64,000 bases of DNA from positions 7,130,001-7,194,000 of the forward strand of contig OZ024744.1 of assembly GCA_964016885.1 (NCBI GenBank), in the 5' to 3' direction. Below are positions 34,428 to 47,900 of this stretch, one piece after another (positions within the stretch are counted from its first letter, which is position 1; each line of letters opens with the position of its first letter). This DNA comes from Eledone cirrhosa (lineage: Eukaryota). The notes under the pieces are model-generated. The model was not told where the DNA came from. It saw only the letters and a list, made by a program, of their open reading frames with translations, and ran no database searches. Position numbers and translations under genes: made by a program.

Positions 34428-35460
34428 CCTTGATCACCTTGACCGACCAGTCTGTCGGGCGTCCATTCAGCGCCGCTGGTCACAGCACGCCGTCCATTCC
34501 TCTCTGGATCATGCTTTCCTCATCGATGTATTCCCAATCGTATTCTTAAAATCGTAACTCCACCCTCGTGGAGTACCACTTCGCAACTGCGCGGGTCTTG
34601 AAGAGCTTGGTGTAGAAGTCTTCGCAAACCTTTTCCACCTCACTCTTGTCGCTGACCAGTACTCCAGCTTTGTTTTTCAGGGTCGTCACCTCCGATCTGT
34701 ACATTGCTATGTCCCTCTCGAATTTCTTGAGGCTCTTTTTTTCCTTTGCGGCCTTCAGGAGCTTCTCCATCCGGTATGCCTCGAAGTCTCTCTTCAGTTG
34801 TTGACGTATCACTCTGCTGAGAAGGAAATATTCGAGGTGATCCTCAGGTGTCCTTTTCATATTCTTCCTCTTCTCAAGCAACTTCATAGTTTCCTCCGAG
34901 ACTCTTCCCCTCCGCTCCTTCGGGCACACAGCCTTAGCCTTCCCCAAGCACTCCTTCAGTTTCCTTATCAGTGAGTCGTAGCCAGCGTCTATGCCGGCTC
35001 CTTGACGCCAGTTTTCCTGCATAATAGCTTCCTGCAGCTGCGCCTCGTTGAAGACTCGGACGCGTTCTCCCTTCGACGCCAAATGCAGCGCCTTCTTCTC
35101 CCTCGTCCGGTCGATGACGACCCTCGCCCTCACCAGACGATGATCACTGCCAGTATTGAATGGCGTTATGACGGAGACGTCCTGTAGTCAATCTCGTTTC
35201 GGTGCTCAGAATTTGGCGATACCCAGGTCCATCCCTTCTCCTCCTTCTTCCTCAATAAGCTGTTTCCAATGTAGAACCGTCTCGCCTCCTCCATTCTGAC
35301 CAGACGCTTTCCTCTCTCATTTCGTTCTCCGAGGCCGAATCTTCCGACATACTCCTCCCCATGCCATCCTGTCCGACCGTTGAAGTCTCCCACAACGACG
35401 GTGTAAGTGGACTTCACAGCTAGCACTTTGTCGCAAGAAGCGACCTTCGAAGCCCATTCC
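34428..35460 (-). mobile_element. Internally deleted RTE LINE (APE endonuclease, linker and 3' end; RT missing)
   Basis: VVVGDFNGRTG..VGRFGLGERNERGKRLV..WTWVSPNSEHRNEIDY; GSDHRL; linker ..CEDFYTKLF fused directly to C-terminal AVAKWY..REEWTACCDQRR* and 3' UTR. Confidence 0.82.
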
Positions 35461-35469
35461 TTGCTTACG

Positions 35470-35530
35470 ATGAACCCTATACTTAGGGTAGTAGAGTCGA
35501 AACGGCTTGAGCTCTGCCGTCGGGGTCATA
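35470..35530 (+). mobile_element. Truncated/inverted terminus of the 4.6/6.7-kb HHR family
   Basis: tacttagggtagtagagt (also at ~6669-6686) joined to cgaaacggcttgagctctgccgtcggggtc, then (TA)n. Confidence 0.65.
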
Positions 35531-35582
<52 letters not shown>

Positions 35583-35640
35583 ATATAAATATATATAATA
35601 TAATATAAATAGATGGAAACTATATTTATAAAACCATATT

Positions 35641-35706
35641 TATTCTATTATACATATTTCAATGGCAACCAAGGCAAATTATGGTGCGCTTTCATCAGAT
35701 AAAATA
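35641..35706 (-). ncRNA. Type I hammerhead, canonical CUGAUGA
   Basis: Minus: TATTTTAT-CTGATGA-..-GAAAT-atgt-ATA-ATAGAATA (8-bp stem I). An 18-bp inverted copy of the stem II sequence lies at 35758-35775. Confidence 0.7.
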
Positions 35707-36107
35707 CAGATTTGTTTTTTAAATAAATATTGACATACCCGGAAAAAAAGACAACCTTAATTTGCCTTGGTTGCCCTTGGTTCCATTTAATAATATATTG
35801 TGTAATTACTCCACTAAACTGTTGGGTGCTTTATATCAGTTATAAAAATGTTTAAGCTTGTTGAATCTCAACAAGTTAAATATAACCTCTGCATATATAT
35901 ATACATATATATATATATATACTGAGTCACTGTTAAATGACTATTTCACACTTATATTTTTATATGTTAAGCAATAAGATTTAGATATGGATTTTACATT
36001 TATTTCGTACAGCTAGCATATTATTGACTGGCTGGTTGGTCTGTTGCTGCTCCTTTTGCTGCAAAGAACACTGACGTAACTGATACGGCTCTTACTGCCG
36101 ATGTTGC

Positions 36108-36247
36108 AACAACAACTACTACTGCTACTACTACTACTACTGCTACTACTACTACTACTGCTGCTACTACTACTACTACTACTGCTACTACTACTACCGC
36201 TACTACTACTACTACTACTACTGCTGCTGCTGGTGCTACTACTACTG

Positions 36248-36285
<38 letters not shown>

Positions 36286-36297
36286 GCCACTGCTATC

Positions 36298-36381
<84 letters not shown>

Positions 36382-36560
36382 GCCACTGCTATCACTACTA
36401 CTAGTACTGCTGCTACTACTACTACTACTAGTACTGCTACTACTACTACTACTACTACTGCTACTACTACTACTGCTATTACTACTACTACTACTAATAA
36501 TACTACTACTACTACTACTACTACTGCCACTGCTATCACTACTATTAGTACTGCTGCTAT

Positions 36561-36613
<53 letters not shown>

Positions 36614-36628
36614 GTGCTACTACTACTA

Positions 36629-36663
<35 letters not shown>

Positions 36664-36680
36664 ACTACTACTACTGCTAA
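36108..36680. repeat. (CTA/CTG)n trinucleotide microsatellite
   Basis: Direct reading. Confidence 0.97.
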
Positions 36681-36749
36681 TGTTGCAGTAACATCAATAT
36701 TAATAATTTCATGAGAACGAATGAAAAAAGAAAGAAAGAACAAAAGATA

Positions 36750-36847
36750 GAAGAAGAAGAAGAAGAAGAAGAAGAAGAAGGAGGAGGAGAAGAAGAAGAA
36801 GAAGAAGAAGAAGAAGAAGAAGAAGAAGAAGAAGAAGAAGAAGAAGG
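36750..36847. repeat. (GAA)n microsatellite
   Basis: Direct reading. Confidence 0.97.
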
Positions 36848-37077
36848 ATAGTTTCACGTCGTTAATATGGTTTCCTTTTCAAGTCAAAGACGTTAGAAGA
36901 CGGGAGAGGTATATAGGAGGTATGTAAGAGATTATCTTCCGTGCAACAGACTCGATCAAAGGAAGAACGAGATCGAAAGTTCAATAAAGGTGTTCACTTA
37001 TCCAAAGAACAAAGTATAGTTTGAGTAGAATTTAAAAAAATAAAATTTATTAAAAAAATTATCCAAATGAAATATAA

Positions 37078-37983
37078 TTGTTTCTACTTTTGGCACAAGG
37101 CCAGTTATCTCCCCAGTGTATTACTGGCACTTTATTTTATCGACCCCGTAAGGGTGCAAAGCAAAGTTAACCTCGGCGGGATTTGAACTCAGTCCGTAAA
37201 GGGCGGTAACTGTGATACAAAGCATGGTGTCCGACCCTCTACCGATACCGCCAATCCGCCACCATTGTGCCCGTCCCTCTACCGATACTGCCAATCCACC
37301 ACCATTGTGCCCGACCCTCTACCGATACTGCCAATCCGCCACCATTGTGCCCGTCCCTCTACCGATACTGCCAATCCGCCACCATTGTGCCCGACCCTCT
37401 ACCGATACCGCCAATCTGCCACCATTGTGCCCGACCCTCTACCGATACCGCCAATCCACCACCATTGTGCCCGACCCTCTACCGATACTGCCAATCCACC
37501 ACCATTGTGCCCGACCCTCTACCGATACCGCCAATCCACCACCATTGTGCCCGACCCTCTACCGATACTGCCAATCCACCACCATTGTGCCCGACCCTCT
37601 ACCGATACCGCCAATCCACCGCCATTGTGCCCGACCCTCTACCGATACTGCCAATCCACCACCATTGTGCCCGACCCTCTACTGATACTGCCAATCCACC
37701 ACCATTGTGCCCGACCCTCTACCGATACTGCCAATCCACCACCATTGTGCCCGACCCTCTACCGATACTGCCAATCCACCACCATTGTGCCCGACCCTCT
37801 ACCGATACCGCCAATCCACCACCATTGTGCCCGACCCTCTACCGATACTGCCAATCCACCACCATTGTGCCCGACCCTCTACCGATACCGCCAATCCACC
37901 GCCATTGTGCCCGACCCTCTACCGATACTGCCAATCCACCACCATTGTGCCCGACCCTCTACTGATACTGCCAATCCACCGCC
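37078..37983 (-). mobile_element. SINE family B whose tRNA head has been tandemly amplified
   Basis: Body 37078-37228 matches 15430-15580; head repeated ~19 times. Confidence 0.85.
37228..37983. repeat. 40-bp minisatellite, ~19 copies
   Basis: Unit ccgaccctctaccgatac(t/c)gccaatccaccaccattgtgc. Confidence 0.97.
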
Positions 37984-38937
37984 AAATGAAATATAATGAA
38001 TTATTTTATACGGATTTGAACAATGAACCTTCTTCAGTAAATTGTCAAATTGTTTATTAGAGTATATAATTTGTCATTTTAGTTCCACCGAGGTCAACTT
38101 TCAGGGCGATGCTAATAATTATCAGTCCACATGTAAATGGAAGGAATCTTTAGGAGATCATCGAGTGAGATTTCTCTAATTATTTGATCTGACTATTTGA
38201 TTTCTAAGTTCCAATGCCGTTGTGGCTTACTTGTTAGAGTGTTAAATCCGTTGTAAGTTTTAAACCACCATCTAGCCCTTGGCAGCTTTGAACAAAGCCC
38301 TTACTTTTACAATAATTACGGTCAAGCCTCTGATTTAAGGATACGTTGGAGGCCTCAAAAATTATGTTTGGCTCGGTCATTTCATTCTCCAGTAAACAGA
38401 CTGTACACCGCAACCAGAACATGTTTTCAATTATTTAGACATTAAATGAAATAATAAATATGCTAAATATTATGGGTTGATATTACTGTTATTGTTTATC
38501 GTGAATTCCTCACTGAGGGAAGAAATAGGAACAATTATATTCCAGCTTTGAGTATCCATTTTTTTTGTTTTTGATCGGCAAGAATTACAGTGATCCACAT
38601 GTGTTGTTTTTTTAAAATGTATCCATATTTCTAGCTGGTTTGAGTGAGCATATCGAGTCTCCTTTGTTGGAGTGATAAGGTATTTGTACAGGTTTCACTT
38701 CTCAAATGGCAAACATTTGATCAGGACTATTTCTGAACTAATGAAAAACATCAGGGAGGTGATTACAGCCACCCTAAAGTAAAGAAGTTGTAGGCCTCAA
38801 AAATATATCGATTCAGATGGGGATCAGTTGGAAGATGTGCTGTAACTCTGGATGGAAACACCAGAAGATACTTCATGGTCTTATGTTGTTTTTAATGGTT
38901 TGAAGAAGAAATTAATATGGTGCCAGTTTTTTTAGTC

Positions 38938-41900
38938 AACATGTATATATAATTGTTTGATGTCAGGTGTATATATAATTGTTTGATGTCAGGTGTATAT
39001 ATATAATTGTTTGATGCCAGGTGTATATATAATTGTTTGATGTCACATGTATATATAATTGTTTGATGCCAGGTGTATATATAATTGTTTGATGGCACAT
39101 GTATATATAATTGTTTGATGTCAGGTGTATATATAATTGTTTGATGTCAGTATATATATAATTGTTTGATGTCAGGTGTATATATAATTGTTTGATGTCA
39201 GGTGTATATATCATTGTTTGATGTCAGGTGTATATATAATTGTTTGATGTACATGTATATATAATTGTTTGATGTAAGGTGTATATATAATTGTTTGATG
39301 TCACATGTATATATAATTGTATGATGTCAGTTGTATACATAATTGTTTGATATCAGGTGTATATATAATTGTTTTATGTCACATGTATATATAATTGTTT
39401 GATATCAGGTGTATATATAATTGTTTGATGTCACATGTATATATAATTGTTTGATGTCAGGTGTATATATAATTGTTTGATGTCACATGTATATATAATT
39501 GTTTGATGTCACATGTATATATAATTGTTTGATGTCAGGTGTATATATAATTGTTTGATGTCACATGTATATATAATTGTTTGATGTCAGGTGTATATAT
39601 AATTGTTTGATGTCAGGTGTATATATAATTGTTTGATGTCACATGTATATATAATTGTTTGATGCCAGGTGTATATATAATTGTTTGATGCCAGGTGTAT
39701 ATATAATAGTTTGATGTCACATGTATATATAATTGTTTGATGCCAGGTGCATATATAATTGTTTGATGCCACATGTATATATAATTGTTTGATGTCAGGT
39801 GTATATATAATTGTATGATGCCAGTTGTATATATAATTGTTTGATGCCAGGTGTATATATGATTGTTTGATGTCACATGTATATATAATTGTTTGATGCC
39901 AGGTGTATATATAATTGTTTGATGGCACATGTATATATAATTGTTTGATGTCAGGTGTATATATAATTGTATGATGTCTGGTGTATATATAATTGTTTGA
40001 TGTCAGGTGTATATATAATTGTTTGATGTCAGGTGTATACATAATTGTTTGATATCAGGTGTATATATAATTGTTTTATGTCACATGTATATATAATTGT
40101 TTGATATCAGGTGTATATATAATTGTTTGATGTAACATGTATATATAATTGTTTGATGTCAGGTGTATATATAATTGTTTGATGTCACATGTATATATAA
40201 TTGTTTGATGTCACATGTATATATAATTGTTTGATGTCAGGTGTATATATAATTGTTTGATGTCAGGTGTATATATAATTGATTGATGTCAGATGTATAT
40301 ATAATTGTTTGATCTCAGGTGTATATATAATTGTTTGATGTCAGGTGTATATATAATTGTTTGATGTCAGGTGTATATACAATTGTTTGATGACAGGTGT
40401 ATATATAATTGTTTGATGTCACATGTATATATAATTGTTTGATGTCAGGTGTAATACAATTGTTTGATATAAGGTGTATATATAATTGTTTGATGTCAGA
40501 TGTATATATAATTGTTTGATGTCACATGTATATATAATTGTATGATGTCACATGCATATATAATTGTTTGGTGTCATGTGTATATATAATTGTTTGATGT
40601 CAGGTGTATATATAATTGTTTGATGTCACATGTATATATAATTGTTTGATGCCAGGTATATATATAATTGTTTGATGACACATGTATATATAATTGTTTG
40701 ATGTCAGGTGTATATATAATTGTATTATGTCACGTGTATATATAATTGTTTGCTGTCACGTGTATATATAATTGGTTGATGTCACATGTATATATAATTG
40801 TTTGATGCCAGGTGTATATATAATTGTTTGATGGCACATGTATATATAATTGTTTGATGTCAGGTGTATATATAATTGTATGATGTCTGGTGTATATATA
40901 ATTGTTTGATGTCAGGTGTATATATAATTGTTTGATGTCAGGTATATACATAATTGTTTGATATCAGGTGTATATAATATTGTTTGATGTCAGATGTATA
41001 TATAATTGTTTGATGTCACATGTATATATAATTGTATGATGTCTCATGTATATATAATTGTTTGATGTCAGGTGTATATATAATTGTTTGATGTCACATG
41101 TATATATAATTGTTTGATGCCAGGTGTATGTATAATTGTTTGATGCCAGTGGTATATATAATTGTTTGATGTCACATGTATATATAATTGTTTGATGTCA
41201 GGTGTAATATAATTGTTTGAAATCAGGTGTATATATAATTGTTTGATGTCAGGTATATATATAATTGTTTGATGTCAGGTGTATATATAATTGTATGATG
41301 CCAGGTGTATATATAATTGTTTGATGTCAGGTGTATATATAATTGTTTGATGTCAGGTGTAAATATAATTGTTTGATATCAGGTGTATATATAATTATTT
41401 GATGTCAGGTGTATATATAATTGTTTGATACCAGGTGTATATATAATTGTTTGATGTCAGATGTATATATAATTGTTTGATGTCAGGTGTATATATAATT
41501 GTTTGATGTCACATGTATATATAATTGTTTGATGCCAGGTGTATATATAATTGTTTGATGCCAGGTGTATATATAATTGTTTGATGTCACATGTATATAT
41601 AATTGTTTGATGCCAGGTGTATATATAATTGTTTGATGGCACATGTATATATAATTGTTTGATGACTGGTGTATATATAATTGTATGATGTCTGGTGTAT
41701 ATATAATTGTTTGATGTCAGGTGTATATATAATTGTTTGATGTCAGGTGTATACATAATTGTTTGATATCAGGTGTATATATCATTGTTTTATGTCACAT
41801 GTATATATAATTGTTTGGTATCAGGTGTATATATAATTGTTTGATGTCACATGTATATATAATTGTTTGATGTCAGGTGTTTATATAATTGTTTGATGTC

Positions 41901-44900
41901 ACATGTATATATAATTGTTTGATGTCACATGTATATATAATTGTTTGATGTCAGGTGTATATATAATTGTTTGATGTCAGGTGTATATATAATTGATTGA
42001 TGTCAGATTATATATAATTGTTTGATCTCAGGTGTATATATAATTGTTTGATGACAGGTGTATATATAATTGTTTGATGTCAGGTGTATATATAATTGTT
42101 TGATGACAGGTGTATATATAATTGTTTGATGTCACATGTATATATAATTGTTTGATGTCAGGTGTAATATAATTGTTTCATATAAGGTGTATATATAATT
42201 GTTTGATGTCAGATGTATATATAATTGTTTGATGTCACATGTATATATAATTGTATGATGTCACATGCATATATAATTGTTTGGTGTCAGGTGTATATAT
42301 AATTGTTTGATGTCACATGTATATATAATTGTTTGATGCCAGGTATATATATAATTGTTTGATGCCACATGTATATATAATTGTTTGATGTCAGGTGTAT
42401 ATATAATTGTATTATGTCAGGTGTATATATAATTGTTTGATGTCACGTGTATATATAATTGCTTAATGTCACATGTATATATAATTGTTTGCTGTCAGGT
42501 ATATATATAATTGTTTGATGTCAGGTATATATATAATTGTTTGATGTCAGGTATATATATAATTGTTTGATGTCAGGTGTATATATAATTGTTTGATATC
42601 AGGTGTATATATAATTATTTGATGTCAGGTGTATATATAATTTTTTGATGTCACATGTGTATATAATTGTTTGGTGTCAGGTGTATATATAATTGTTTGA
42701 TGTCAGGTGTAATATAATTGTTTGATATCAGGTGTATATATAATTGTTTTACGTCAGATGTATATATAATTATTTGATGTCACATGTATATATAATTGTA
42801 TGATGTCACATGTATATATAATTGTTTGATGTCAGGTGTATATATAATTGTTTGATGTCAGGTGTATGTATAATTGTTTGATGTCACATGTATATATAAT
42901 TGTTTGATGCCAGGTGTATATATAATTGTTTGATGCCAGGTGTATATATAATAGTGTGATGTCACATGTATATATAATTGTTTGATGCCAGGTGTATATA
43001 TAATTGTTTGATGCCACATGTATATATAATTGTTTGATGTCAGGTGTATATATAATTGTATGATGCCAGTTGTATATATAATTGTTTGATGTCAGGTGTA
43101 TATATAATTGTTTGTTGTCAGGTATATATATAATTGTTTGATGTCATGTGTATATATAATTGTTTGATGTCACATGTATATATAATTGTATGATGTCACA
43201 TGTTTATATAATTGTTTGATGTCAGGTGTATATATAATTGTTTGATGCCACATGTATATATAATTGTTTGATGCCAGGTGTATATATAATTGTTTGATGC
43301 CAGGTGTATATATAATTGTTTGATGTCACATGTATATATAATTATTTGATGTCAGGTGTATATATAATTGTTTGATACCAGGTGTATATATAATTGTTTG
43401 ATGTCAGATGTATATATAATTGTTTGATGTCAGGTGTATATATAATTGTTTGATGTCACATGTATATATAATTGTTTTATGCCAGGTGTATATATAATTG
43501 TTTGATGCCAGGTGTATATATAATTGTTTGATGTCACATGTATATATAATTGTTTGATGCCAGGTGTATATATAATTGTTTGATGGCACATGTATATATA
43601 ATTGTTTGATGTCTGGTGTATATATAATTGTATGATGTCTGGTGTATATATAATTGTTTGATGTCAGGTGTATATATAATTGTTTGATGTCAGGTGTATA
43701 CATAATTGTTTGATATCAGGTGTATATATAATTGTTTTATGTCACATGTATATATAATTGTTTGGTATCAGGTGTATATATAATTGTTTGATGTCACATG
43801 TATATATAATTGTTTGATGTCAGGTGTTTATATAATTGTTTGATGTCACATGTATATATAATTGTTTGATGTCACATGTATATATAATTGTTTGATGTCA
43901 GGTGTATATATAATTGTTTGATGTCAGGTGTATATATAATTGATTGATGTCAGATTATATATAATTGTTTGATCTCAGGTGTATATATAATTGTTTGATG
44001 ACAGGTGTATATATAATTGTTTGATGTCAGGTGTATATATAATTGTTTGATGACAGGTGTATATATAATTGTTTGATGTCACATGTATATATAATTGTTT
44101 GATGTCAGGTGTAATATAATTGTTTCATATAAGGTGTATATATAATTGTTTGATGTCAGATGTATATATAATTGTTTGATGTCACATGTATATATAATTG
44201 TATGATGTCACATGCATATATAATTGTTTGGTGTCAGGTGTATATATAATTGTTTGATGTCACATGTATATATAATTGTTTGATGCCAGGTATATATATA
44301 ATTGTTTGATGCCACATGTATATATAATTGTTTGATGTCAGGTGTATATATAATTGTATTATGTCAGGTGTATATATAATTGTTTGATGTCACGTGTATA
44401 TATAATTGGTTAATGTCACATGTATATATAATTGTTTGCTGTCAGGTATATATATAATTGTTTGATGTCAGGTATATATATAATTGTTTGATGTCAGGTA
44501 TATATATAATTGTTTGATGTCAGGTGTATATATAATTGTTTGATATCAGGTGTATATATAATTATTTGATGTCAGGTGTATATATAATTTTTTGATGTCA
44601 CATGTGTATATAATTGTTTGGTGTCAGGTGTATATATAATTGTTTGATGTCAGGTGTAATATAATTGTTTGATATCAGGTGTATATATAATTGTTTTATG
44701 TCAGATGTATATATAATTATTTGATGTCACATGTATATATAATTGTATGATGTCACATGTATATATAATTGTTTGATGTCAGGTGTATATATAATTGTTT
44801 GATGTCAGGTGTATGTATAATTGTTTGATGTCACATGTATATATAATTGTTTGATGCCAGGTGTATATATAATTGTTTGATGCCAGGTGTATATATAATA

Positions 44901-47900
44901 GTGTGATGTCACATGTATATATAATTGTTTGATGCCAGGTGTATATATAATTGTTTGATGCCACATGTATATATAATTGTTTGATGTCAGGTGTATATAT
45001 AATTGTATGATGCCAGTTGTATATATAATTGTTTGATGTCAGGTGTATATATAATTGTTTGTTGTCAGGTATATATATAATTGTTTGATGTCATGTGTAT
45101 ATATAATTGTTTGATGTCACATGTATATATAATTGTATGATGTCACATGTTTATATAATTGTTTGATGTCAGGTGTATATATAATTGTTTGATGCCACAT
45201 GTATATATAATTGTTTGATGCCAGGTGTATATATAATTGTTTGATGCCAGGTGTATATATAATTGTTTGATGTCACATGTATATATAATTGTTTGATGTC
45301 AGGTGTAAATATAATTGTTTGATGTCACGTGTATATATAATTGTTTGATGTCATGTGTATATATAATTGTATGATGTCTGGTGTATATATAATTGTTTGA
45401 TGTCAGGTGTATATATAATTGTTTGATGTCAGGTGTATATATAATTGTTTGATATCAGTTGTATATATAATTGTTTGATGTCACATGTATATATAATTGT
45501 TTGATATCAGGTGTATATATAATTGTTTGATGTCACATGTATATATAATTGTTTGATGTCAGGTGTATATATAATTGTTTGATGTCAGGTGTATATATAA
45601 TTGATTGATGTCAGATGTATATATAATTGTTTGATATCAGGTGTATATATAATTGTTTGATGACAGGTGTATATATAATTGTTTGATGTCAGGTGTATAT
45701 ATAATTGTTTGATGACAGGTGTAAATATAATTGTTTGATGTCACATGTATATATAATTGTTTGATGTCAGGGGTATATATAATTGTTTGATGACAGTTGT
45801 ATATATAATTGATTGATGTCAGGTGTATATATAATTGTTTGATGTCAGGTGTATATATAATAGTTTGATGTCACATGTATATAAAATTGTTTGATGTCAG
45901 GTGTATATATAATTGTTTGATATCAGGTGTATATATAATTGTTTGATGTCAGATGTATATATAATTGTTTGATGTCACATGTATATATAATTGTATGATG
46001 TCTCATGTATATATAATTTTTTGATGTCAGGTGTATATATAATTGTTTGATGTCACATGTATATATAATTGTTTGATGCCAGGTGTATGTATAATTGTTT
46101 GATGCCAGTGGTATATATAATTGTTTGATGTCACATGTATATATAATTGTTTGATGTCAGGTGTAATATAATTGTTTGAAATCAGGTGTATATATAATAG
46201 TTTGATGTCAGGTATATATATAATTGTTTGATGTCAGATGTATATATAATTGTTTGATGTCAGGTGTATATATAATTGTTTGTTGTCAGGTGTATATATA
46301 ATTGTTTGATGTCAGGTATATATATAATTGTTTGATGCCAGATGTATATATAATTGTTTGATGTTACATGTATATATAAATGTTTGATGTCAGGTGTATA
46401 TATAATTGTTTGATGTCAGGTGTATATGTAATTGTTTGATGTCAGGTGTATATATAATTGTTTGATGTCAGGTGTATATATACTTGTATGATGTCACATG
46501 TATATATAATTGTTTGATGTCAGGTGTATATATAATTGTTTGATGTCACATGTATATATAATTGTTTGATGCCAGGTGTATATATAATTGTTTGATGTCA
46601 CATGTATATATAATTGTTTGATGTTACATGTATATATAATTGTATGATGTCTCATGTATATATAATTGTTTGATGCCAGTGGTATATATAATTGTTTGAT
46701 GTCAGGTGTATATATAATTGTTTGATGTCAGGTGTATATATAATTGTTTGATGTCAGGTGTATATATAATTGTTTGATGCCAGGTGTATATATAATAGTT
46801 TGATGTCACATGTATATATAATTTTTTCATGTCAGGTGTATATATAATTGTTTGATGTCACATGTATATATAATTGTTTGATGTCAGGTGTATATATAAT
46901 TGTTTGATGTCAGGTATATATATAATTGTTTGATGTCAGGTATATATATAATTGTTTGATGGCAGGTGTATATATAATTGTTTGATGTCACATGTATATA
47001 TAATTGTATGATGTCACATGTTTATATAATTGTTTGATGTCAGGTGTATATATAATTGTTTGATGTCACATGTATATATAATTGTTTGATGCCAGGTGTA
47101 TATACAATTGTTTGATGCCAGGTGTATATATAATTGTTTGATGTCACATGTATATATAATTGTTTGATGTCGGGTGTATATATAATTGTTTGATGACAGT
47201 TGTATATATAATTGATTGATGTCAGGTGTATATATAATTGTTTGATGTCAGGTGTATATATAATAGTTTGATGTCACATGTATATAAAATTGTTTGATGT
47301 CAGATGTATATATAATTGTTTGATATCAGGTGTATATATAATTGTTTGATGTCAGATGTATATATAATTGTTTGACGTCACATGTATATATAATTGTATG
47401 ATGTCTCATGTATATATAATTGTTTGATGTCAGGTGTATATATAATTGTTTGATGTCACATGTATATATAATTGTTTGATGCCAGGTGTATGTATAATTG
47501 TTTGATGCCAGTGGTATATATAATTGTTTGATGTCACATGTATATATAATTGCTTGATGTCAGGTGTAATATAATTGTTTGAAATCAGGTGTATATATAA
47601 TTGTTTGATGTCAGGCATATATATAATTGTATGATGTCACATGTATAAATAATTGTTTGATGTCAGGTGTATATATAATTGTTTGATGTCAGGTGTATAT
47701 ATAATTGTATGATGCCAGGTGTATATATAATTGTTTGATGACAGGTGTATATATAATTGTTTGATGTCAGGTGTATATATAATTGTTTGATATCAGGGGT
47801 ATATATAATTATTTGATGTCAGGTGTATATATAATTGTTTGATGTCACATGTATATATAATTGTTTGATGCCAGCTGTATATATAATTGTTTGATGCCAG

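Noticed and set aside
36021-36857. Poly-V/A/F and poly-L ORFs resembling membrane or mucin proteins
   Set aside because: Translation of (CTA/CTG)n and (GAA)n microsatellites.
37212-38060. Pro/His/Cys-rich ORFs
   Set aside because: Translation of the SINE-derived 40-bp minisatellite in all three frames.
38480-38930. Possible exon or transposase fragment before the satellite
   Set aside because: The frame I translated contains stops, the ORF track shows no long ORF here, and no motif was recognised.
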